In this document: positions 57,383 to 64,000 of the stretch, piece by piece
Numbering within the stretch: the stretch's first letter is position 1
How the letters are laid out: every line of letters begins with the position of its first letter
Made by a program: the position numbers and the translations under genes
Origin: a virus
DNA length: 64,000 bases
IMG/VR virus record: IMGVR_UViG_3300009601_000004
Span: 28,737 to 92,736 of that record
Direction: 5' to 3' (one strand)
Notes under the pieces: generated by a model
What the model was told of the DNA's origin: nothing
Database searches by the model: none
The model's input: the letters and a program-made list of their open reading frames with translations, nothing else

Positions 57383-57579
57383 ACTGTACTCCTACGTGTA
57401 AAAAGGCTGCGGCGGCGTCACCCTAGGGGGCCTCTCCGTCAGCAGGCCACCGAAGCGGCCGACACTCGTAGTTTGGCGGTTTGGCCCCACAACTGGCACG
57501 CCTGCGGCCAATAGGGGGTGCCATGGCGTCTAGGCGCATGGGCGCTTCTTTCTACTGGGCGCCGTGGTAGTCAGGGTGG

Positions 57580-57595
57580 CTAGACCGCTAGACTG
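57580..57595 (+). promoter_or_regulatory. CGCTAGACTG motif copy 5 (extended CTAGACCGCTAGACTG)
   Basis: Identical to the extended copy at 46994-47009; upstream of the RHH gene. Confidence 0.6.
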
Positions 57596-57604
57596 CCCCT
57601 GGGG

Positions 57605-57820
57605 GTGCGCGTGAAGAAGATCAGCGTCAAGATGGCAGACGGTTTGCACAAGAAAGTGGGGCACATAGCAGTGGACGAGGACGTCACCAAAGCGGGCGTG
57701 TGCCGTTCGGCGCTACTCGTGTTCTTGGAGCTACGCCCTGCATTACCAGCTCTACGAGCCCGCGCCAAAAAAGAAGGCGTCCCGTTGGACACCTTGATCA
57801 CACAGCTGTTGAGCGCTTAG
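57605..57820 (+). CDS. Ribbon-helix-helix (CopG-like) regulator
   Basis: KKISVKM...LH...A.....TKA.VCRSAL. Confidence 0.65.
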   Translation: MRVKKISVKMADGLHKKVGHIAVDEDVTKAGVCRSALLVFLELRPALPALRARAKKEGVPLDTLITQLLSA

Positions 57821-58446
57821 CTCAGCTTCACAACAGAGATGCGCTGAAGAGTGCCGCCTGTGCCTGCGGCGCCAGCACTACATGTGAGTGCGATGCCGAG
57901 GACGTTGTCAATCGTGGTGTTCGGATTGGTGCCATCCACGTCGTTGTCCACTGACCCAGCAACGGCTGCAATCTTGGCACTGATGTCGGAAGCAAACGAC
58001 GCCACACCGCCGACACCGATGGTACGAACAGTTAAGTTAGCCGAGATGAACCAGTCACCCGAGGCCGACGTGATGGCGGCAGTAGTAGCCAGCGCTGTGC
58101 CGCCAAAGCTCAAATCGAAGACGGCTGTCTGTGCCCCTGCTCGTAGCCAAGTGCCGCTTGCCTGCACCTGTAGGACGTCACCTACTGCAAGTGTGCTGGC
58201 ACCCACAGTGTACGTGCTGTTGAACACGGTGCGCACGGCGGTGTTGTCAATGGTCGCAGAGGGTGCGACCGAGGCCAACAGCAAAGCAGACCCGGCGGTC
58301 GACCACAACGGGGCCACACCTGGTCCACCTGACTGGAGACGTGAGCCGGCTACCCCCGCACCTAAGCGGGAGAGCAGGCCATTGGCCCCCATATAAAGCA
58401 GATCACCCAGGGTGGTGAGTGTCCAGCGGCTGGCTTGATGAGGCAT
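57817..58446 (-). CDS. Beta-rich spike/fibre-like protein, paralog of 59573-60193
   Basis: Thr/Ala/Gly-rich strands; shared motifs with 59573-60193. Confidence 0.55.
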   Translation of the reverse strand: MPHQASRWTLTTLGDLLYMGANGLLSRLGAGVAGSRLQSGGPGVAPLWSTAGSALLLASVAPSATIDNTAVRTVFNSTYTVGASTLAVGDVLQVQASGTWLRAGAQTAVFDLSFGGTALATTAAITSASGDWFISANLTVRTIGVGGVASFASDISAKIAAVAGSVDNDVDGTNPNTTIDNVLGIALTCSAGAAGTGGTLQRISVVKLS

Positions 58447-58489
58447 TCATTCATCCTAGTGATCTGTGTGACTGGGAGCGTCGAGCGGC

Positions 58490-58837
58490 TTAGCCGAGAG
58501 CGGTGCCATCGTTATGGACCAGACGCCAGACATAGGTCGCAGCCGCTGTACGGAAGGCCTGCAACGTGAACGAGTCGCCAACATCAGCCAGCGTGATCGT
58601 AGTGTTGCCCGCCACATTGAAGGCTGCTGCTACGGTGACGACACAGTCACCGCCATCCGTCAGGAAGTAGCAACGGATCTGCTGGCCTGCGAAGGTCGGG
58701 ACTGCAATAGTCCGCGCTTCCGCACCAGCTGTAATGATTGCGTAGTCCTGCGAGATGGCGACGCCAAGGGCACCACCAGCGCCAGGGTCAGCAGCGAATG
58801 TCGAGCTGTCTACGCCAGAAAAGAAATTAGAGGGCAT
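58490..58837 (-). CDS. Small beta-rich structural protein candidate
   Basis: GGAG RBS; ITL..VGDS.TL....W.L pattern. Confidence 0.5.
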   Translation of the reverse strand: MPSNFFSGVDSSTFAADPGAGGALGVAISQDYAIITAGAEARTIAVPTFAGQQIRCYFLTDGGDCVVTVAAAFNVAGNTTITLADVGDSFTLQAFRTAAATYVWRLVHNDGTALG

Positions 58838-58912
58838 GATGTCTCCTTGGGTGGAACCAATGGGTTGCACAAGTAGTTTAGCGGCACGGCTGCAGAAGTG
58901 GCACAAACGTCT

Positions 58913-59572
58913 TTAGTTTGTGATCCCTGCGTCTGGCACATGGTAGTCACCGCCGGCCCACCACAGGCGTCCACGCTTGTCGACACCGAGCCAGGGCTTG
59001 TGCCCGGTCTCTTCGCCCATGTGGTGTTCATACAGGTCGGGGATAAACTCATGTGCTAAGCGGGCGCCCTTGCGTCTGGCTTTCGCATCGTCCATCTTCG
59101 GCGTCAGGTAGACGACACGCTCGACGATGCCTACGGGCTTTACCAACACGTTGGGGTAGCGCTTTTTGTGCTGCCGAAGTTTGCGCCGGTACGGCTGGCC
59201 ATACTCATCCCACGTCGCGAGCTGTGCCAGCTTGAGCGGCTGGACGCCTCGACCTCGGTCCCAGAGCGCCCGCTTCATCTCCTGCAAGACGTGCAAGTCA
59301 AGCACATTGTACAGCCGCCTGACCTTCGGGTCGTCGAATAGCAGCATGGCTTGTGGGTCATCCCCATCGGTCGGGAAGTCCAGCACCATAGTGTCTCCGC
59401 CAGGTGAGCGGATTTCCAGCTCGGACAAGCGGCCCATCATCACCAAGTGGTCGGGTAGGTCCGCGTCATCGACCTCAAGCACTTTGTCAGCCTCGATGCC
59501 CCAGTGCGCGTCTTTGTACGCCTTCAAGGAGCTGGCGGGTGCTTTCCCTGTCGAGCGGCGTATCTTGCCCAT
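58913..59572 (-). CDS. Hypothetical protein in the structural block
   Basis: Tight packing; YEHHMGEE and GGDY.V motifs. Confidence 0.6.
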   Translation of the reverse strand: MGKIRRSTGKAPASSLKAYKDAHWGIEADKVLEVDDADLPDHLVMMGRLSELEIRSPGGDTMVLDFPTDGDDPQAMLLFDDPKVRRLYNVLDLHVLQEMKRALWDRGRGVQPLKLAQLATWDEYGQPYRRKLRQHKKRYPNVLVKPVGIVERVVYLTPKMDDAKARRKGARLAHEFIPDLYEHHMGEETGHKPWLGVDKRGRLWWAGGDYHVPDAGITN

Positions 59573-60193
59573 CTAGGGGGCCGATGGCGGGAACATGGTC
59601 ACTGTGCTGTACACGCTGGTGATGCTGTTCGAGGCGTTGGCTGTTCCCCACTGCGCACCCGCTTGGATCGATAAGTCACCCGTGGGGGACGACTGCACCG
59701 CGGCGTAGCTGGTAGCCGCATCCGCCGTGCCCAGCCGCGTAAGAATCTCCGTACGCAGCTTGACAGCACCAACGGCGTCCACGTAGAGGTCCGCGCTGAT
59801 GGACCACTCGCCATCCAGGTTGGGTGAGATTGTGCGACTGAGCAAGACCACACCTTCAACAACCAAGCTCACGACGAGTTCTGGAGTTCCTGTGCGGCCC
59901 CACGAGCCCCCAAGACTAATGCGACCCGTGGCACCCGCTTGCAATTTGGCTGCTGGGATGGTCACAGGGGCGAAAACGCCAGCGGTTGTGGTGTTGGCGA
60001 TGGTGCCTGCGGTCTCGTCACTGCTGGCTTGGGCGGTGCCCAAAGTGCCCGCCATAGCAACCCACGCTACACCGGTCCAGTAGTACAGAGTGCCTAGATA
60101 GGTCTCCAGTGAATACTGCACGCCGGTCGCGGGTAGGCCGGCGGCCTGCTCGATGTTGATACCGCCGTCTGGGAATCGTGTCGTGTCAGCCAT
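59573..60193 (-). CDS. Beta-rich spike/fibre-like protein
   Basis: LYYWTGVAWV; paralogous to 57817-58446. Confidence 0.55.
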   Translation of the reverse strand: MADTTRFPDGGINIEQAAGLPATGVQYSLETYLGTLYYWTGVAWVAMAGTLGTAQASSDETAGTIANTTTAGVFAPVTIPAAKLQAGATGRISLGGSWGRTGTPELVVSLVVEGVVLLSRTISPNLDGEWSISADLYVDAVGAVKLRTEILTRLGTADAATSYAAVQSSPTGDLSIQAGAQWGTANASNSITSVYSTVTMFPPSAP

Positions 60194-61107
60194 TAGTGCT
60201 TCCGTGCGCGCTTGCGGCGCAGTCTAGGGTTTTTACGCTTGGTGGGCAGCAGTGCCGCCCCTATTTTCGCGTAGGGTGCCGCCACAGCGGCCACGAGGCC
60301 AACGCCACCGGCGACCACACCGACCTTGCCCCAAGTGGGCAGGTTTGTCCACAAAGCGCTGACCACCCATTTCACCGGGTCATTCTCACGGTCCTTGGGA
60401 TTCGAGGGGTCACCACCGGGCATCACAACACCTGCCACGTCTTCGGGGATGCGTAGACGCTTGAGCCGGGTAAGGTACGTGACAGCCGCGGGTGCTGACA
60501 AGCGTTGCATCTTGTCGATGCCTTCGTCGTAAAGTCCCCGGATGCGACTGGGTGCATCCGACCTCCCGATCGACGCCTGACCCATGACCTGCGCACCTAC
60601 GTCAGTCACCCACTGCCCCACCCACGCTCCCAGGTAGTAGGTGGCGTTAAACCCTGCGGCCAGCGTCGCTGTCCACAAGTTCAAGATCGCATAGCCGGCG
60701 CTCTGTGCAGGCCTCGACGTGGGGTCTACAGCACGCCGGACATACTCGTAGGTACTCGCAGGGCGCTGTCCCGATAGTATCTCTTTGTGGAGCTGCACGC
60801 GGTTGACTGTCGCCGAGACGACTGCCAAGCGAAGCTGCACACCGACGGTGTTGCCCGCAGCTTCCCCAACCCACGAGGGTGCCTGTGCGATGCTCGATGC
60901 AAAGCTCCCGTCGCGGTTGCCGTTGGGTAGCGCCATGAAGGCGACAACCTCTTTGATCATCCTGCCAATGGCTTTGCGGTCCCCTGGCGCTTTCTGCTGC
61001 TTTGCGGCACCGAGAGCACCGAGAGCACCGAAGCCTCGGGCGGTGCCGAAACCTTCCCCGGAGACGCTACGGTGCGCAAGCGCTGACTGACCTTGCCAAT
61101 GACTCAT
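60193..61107 (-). CDS. Membrane-anchored protein with RKNP basic tail
   Basis: C-terminal TM helix then KRKNPRLRRKRARKH. Confidence 0.6.
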   Translation of the reverse strand: MSHWQGQSALAHRSVSGEGFGTARGFGALGALGAAKQQKAPGDRKAIGRMIKEVVAFMALPNGNRDGSFASSIAQAPSWVGEAAGNTVGVQLRLAVVSATVNRVQLHKEILSGQRPASTYEYVRRAVDPTSRPAQSAGYAILNLWTATLAAGFNATYYLGAWVGQWVTDVGAQVMGQASIGRSDAPSRIRGLYDEGIDKMQRLSAPAAVTYLTRLKRLRIPEDVAGVVMPGGDPSNPKDRENDPVKWVVSALWTNLPTWGKVGVVAGGVGLVAAVAAPYAKIGAALLPTKRKNPRLRRKRARKH

Positions 61108-61706
61108 CTTCGACTCCTACGACGCTTGCGGCTGGTGCGAACCACGCCAGCGCCAATGAGAACTATGGCTGCAACACCAATGCCTGTGACGACCCACAAG
61201 TTCCGCGTGATGCCATCCTGCCAATCCTTGCCCGCGTCGATGGAGTCGGTACGGTCGTCGACCATGGCCTGCAGAGCTTCCAGCTCGTGCCGGAGCCTAC
61301 GAATCTTCCAAGCGGGTTTGTTCTGGGCAATAGCCTTTTCGAGTGCGGCCCGCTTGCGTGATGCGCGAACGCGAGGGTCGCTGAATTGTGCGATTACGGG
61401 CGCGTATTGGTCGAGCACCGACAAGATGTTGCCGCCGCCACCGGCACCGCCACCACCGCCACCGGCATCTTGATAGCTGGGGCCGCTGTAGTGCCCTGCT
61501 TGCGCTGCGTACTGCTGCTGCTGGGTACTGACGTCCCCTAGCCAGGTGCCACCGAGACTGGCGGTCATGCCCGAACGGGTACGCGGTCCACTACCAAGGG
61601 CACGATGGGACCGACCAAACGAGAACCGGGGCACTTGTAGCAGCGGCATCCCCATGGGGCCAGGGCTGCTGTACGCTGCGTGTAAGGACTTACGCCGTGC
61701 CATCAT
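61104..61706 (-). CDS. Membrane-anchored protein with basic tail
   Basis: C-terminal TM helix then RTSRKRRRSRR. Confidence 0.6.
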   Translation of the reverse strand: MMARRKSLHAAYSSPGPMGMPLLQVPRFSFGRSHRALGSGPRTRSGMTASLGGTWLGDVSTQQQQYAAQAGHYSGPSYQDAGGGGGGAGGGGNILSVLDQYAPVIAQFSDPRVRASRKRAALEKAIAQNKPAWKIRRLRHELEALQAMVDDRTDSIDAGKDWQDGITRNLWVVTGIGVAAIVLIGAGVVRTSRKRRRSRR

Positions 61707-62629
61707 CGACTCCTACGGGTGCGACGGCGCTTGACCACATTCACAGTGCCTGCCGCCAAGAGTAGGGCCACACCGGACCCCACAGCAATCATACCGATGT
61801 CTGTCTTGACCCACTCAACGACATCGCCGACGGCTCCACGCTCCTCGACAACCCGAGGCGCCGTTGAGACCATACCTGCTATCGTCGGCTCGTTCGGTAC
61901 CGTGAGCTTGAGGCCGATGACCACCTTTGCTGCGTTCAAGCGGTCGATGTCCTTCTGTAGCTGCAACTTCTGACGCTTGTACTTTTTGCGGCGGCTCTTG
62001 CTGTTGGGCTTGCTGTCATGCCGACGCTTCGCCTTGCGTACGTCGTCGCGCTCTTTGCCGATCTTGCGCTCCCAACGCTCAGCGTGGCGTTGAACGACCT
62101 GCAGCTTAGCGGCCGACATCTTGCCGTATTCCTTCGCGAACGCCAGAGGATAGCCTTTGTCGATCGCGACCTGTCGAGCAGCCTTCACACCCTTGCGCCG
62201 GAAAGTGTCCACAAGCACAATGATACCGGCTGTGGCGACCAACCCACCCGCCACAATCCAGCCAGCGACCGGAATAGCAGTGGCGACCGCACCTCCCGCA
62301 AGCATGGTGGTAACCATGGTGCTGCCCGCGGCCATGGCAACGCCGCTGGCTGCTTTGCCGCCCTCCGTCGCACCTCCACCCGAGTAGCTGGCGTTCGCCA
62401 CAACAGGGGCCGGCGCAAATGGCATGGACGCATAGCCGTGATGGTTTGCCGCTGCGGTCTTGAAGGCGCCCAGCGTGAGCGCTCCACTGTTTTTCGTACC
62501 ACGGCCCGTGCCGGTCCACCCTTGAGACACACCGGGGCCATACGGCGCAAGCCCAGTGGCACCATAGGATGTGCCGAGCATACCTTTGCGCTGGCTCTTG
62601 AATTTCCGCGCTGTGTATTCAGTGCTCAT
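61703..62629 (-). CDS. Membrane protein with basic coiled coil
   Basis: AIPVAGWIVAG hydrophobic hairpin; C-terminal TM helix and Arg tail. Confidence 0.6.
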   Translation of the reverse strand: MSTEYTARKFKSQRKGMLGTSYGATGLAPYGPGVSQGWTGTGRGTKNSGALTLGAFKTAAANHHGYASMPFAPAPVVANASYSGGGATEGGKAASGVAMAAGSTMVTTMLAGGAVATAIPVAGWIVAGGLVATAGIIVLVDTFRRKGVKAARQVAIDKGYPLAFAKEYGKMSAAKLQVVQRHAERWERKIGKERDDVRKAKRRHDSKPNSKSRRKKYKRQKLQLQKDIDRLNAAKVVIGLKLTVPNEPTIAGMVSTAPRVVEERGAVGDVVEWVKTDIGMIAVGSGVALLLAAGTVNVVKRRRTRRSR

Positions 62630-62636
62630 TTTACCT

Positions 62637-63134
62637 CTAAGATGCTGCTGCAGCCGCAAGGGCTAGTAGTGCGAGACTGCCGATTACCCATTTAGCTTTG
62701 GCCGACCTGACCGGGTCAGGTGTGACTGTCTGCTCTTGGTAGAAGGGCTCCGTGGGCGGCGGGACGTCAGGCACCGTGCCCCTTGCCGGCATCGTGTTGC
62801 GCTTGAGCTTCTCGTCTTGGCCGGCTTTGGCCTTCTCTTCTGCCTGAACGCGAGCCGCTTTCCGCCTCGCGTTCAGCGCTTGCGTGTCCGCCAAGCGCTG
62901 TGCGGCCTGAGCCGCTCCCGTTGCGGCGTTCTGCGCTTTGACGTCGTCCCGCGTCTGCACATACAGGTCGTACAATCCTACCTTTTCAGGCGAGTTCTGT
63001 GTCACCCTGAACATGGTAGTTTGCGCAGTCCGCAAGTGCAGATTGGCTTTGTGGGCATCACCAAATTTGGCTAGCTCCAAGGCCTCTGCAAGCAGCACCC
63101 GTGTGAGCGCTGCGTCTTGCTGCGACTGGCTCAC
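62637..63134 (-). CDS. C-terminally anchored helical protein
   Basis: GTGA coupling; terminal hydrophobic helix. Confidence 0.55.
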   Translation of the reverse strand: MSQSQQDAALTRVLLAEALELAKFGDAHKANLHLRTAQTTMFRVTQNSPEKVGLYDLYVQTRDDVKAQNAATGAAQAAQRLADTQALNARRKAARVQAEEKAKAGQDEKLKRNTMPARGTVPDVPPPTEPFYQEQTVTPDPVRSAKAKWVIGSLALLALAAAAAS

Positions 63135-63706
63135 GAGGTTGCCGCCCAACCGGCGAACGCCAGCAGCGCGAGGACACCACCACCGATGGCTACCTTCGCC
63201 CCCGTGGACATACCGTCACCCTCCTCCGGGTACTCTTCGATGTATTCTTCCGTGTAGACATCGCCACCCGGCACGCCTTCGTCGCCGTAGTCCACGGCGT
63301 TCTGTGCGGCGTGCTCTGCCAGCAGTGCCGCAACGCGCTGCTGAGCCGCCGCTACCGTCGAGGCCAACCCGGTCCTACTACCAGATGCCGACTGGAGGGC
63401 CTTCACTGCGCGACGGAGGTAGGTATTGGCGTTGAGTGTCTGGCCATGCTTTGCGGCTGCAATGGCTTTCGTGAGGTTTTGCGTGATGCGAGCACCTTGT
63501 ACATCCTGCTTGCTCATGACACTAGTCGACGTTTGGGTGCTTGCATCCGGCGCCTTGAAACCTGGTCGTGTCATGCCTGCACCGTAGTTGCCCATGGGGC
63601 TGTACGGCGTCGCGCCATTGTGTACGGCACCGTAGGCGACAGCAGCGCGGTGGCCCGCCCCTATGCTACCGAAGCGCCCATATGAATTTGGTTTTCCAAC
63701 AGCCAT
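63131..63706 (-). CDS. C-terminally anchored helical protein
   Basis: MSTGAKVAIGGGVLALLAF terminal helix. Confidence 0.6.
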   Translation of the reverse strand: MAVGKPNSYGRFGSIGAGHRAAVAYGAVHNGATPYSPMGNYGAGMTRPGFKAPDASTQTSTSVMSKQDVQGARITQNLTKAIAAAKHGQTLNANTYLRRAVKALQSASGSRTGLASTVAAAQQRVAALLAEHAAQNAVDYGDEGVPGGDVYTEEYIEEYPEEGDGMSTGAKVAIGGGVLALLAFAGWAATS

Positions 63707-63715
63707 GAGGGCCCC

Positions 63716-64000
63716 CTAAGAGAGTGTGTAAGCGCCGGCACCGACCACGAGGACAGCTCCGCCAATGATTGCAGCGACGGCCCAAGGGGACATCTTCTTT
63801 TTCGGTACCGGAGGTGGGGGTCGGTACATGGACGTACCCCCCGTGCGTGGTCCACCACCAGCAGGCGGCAGGCCACTGGAGCTAGATGGACCACCCTGCC
63901 CAGGGTGGTCCATGCCGATCTGTTGTGCTGCCTGGAGCCCGAAGTTGAACCACTGCCCGATCTGGTCTGGTGTGACGCCGCCGCCGCCGCCGCCGCCGCC
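63716..64000 (-). CDS. Gly/Pro-rich membrane-anchored protein, 5' end probably outside the window
   Basis: Frame appears open to the window edge (poly-Gly); C-terminal TM helix. Confidence 0.5.
   Translation of the reverse strand, partial: GGGGGGGGVTPDQIGQWFNFGLQAAQQIGMDHPGQGGPSSSSGLPPAGGGPRTGGTSMYRPPPPVPKKKMSPWAVAAIIGGAVLVVGAGAYTLS

Overview
This GC-rich window looks like a large segment of an uncharacterised bacterial dsDNA virus or provirus. Layout: (1) 1-9.4 kb, + strand accessory genes (Rad50/SbcC-like ATPase, DUF3310-like protein, RNase H-like). (2) 9.5-22.6 kb, mostly - strand replication/recombination module (UDG-PolA fusion, SSB-like, Sak4-like ATPase, Cas4-like nuclease, SF2 helicase, DUF3987-like protein, DEDDh exonuclease). 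(3) 22.7-31.3 kb, + strand (membrane proteins, AAA ATPase, UvrD, tyrosine recombinase). (4) 32-50 kb, - strand block of large multidomain 'cargo-like' proteins: an alarmone synthetase, a 2H-phosphoesterase/RuvC fusion, a C5-methylase/TGT-like/Mom-like triple fusion and a SNF2 helicase. A + strand island of small acidic genes with duplicated promoter cassettes interrupts this block. (5) 50-64 kb, - strand structural block with no recognisable terminase, portal, HK97 capsid or tail genes. It holds candidate jelly-roll capsid proteins, an Arg-rich core-like protein, many membrane-anchored proteins and an M15 peptidase, suggesting a tailless, membrane-containing virion. The most striking signals are the triple DNA-modification fusion, a ~45-aa domain shared by four large proteins, a recurring (R/K)(R/K)NP motif at domain boundaries, and a 10-bp CGCTAGACTG motif upstream of five gene starts. 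All family calls come from motifs read by eye; no database search was run.
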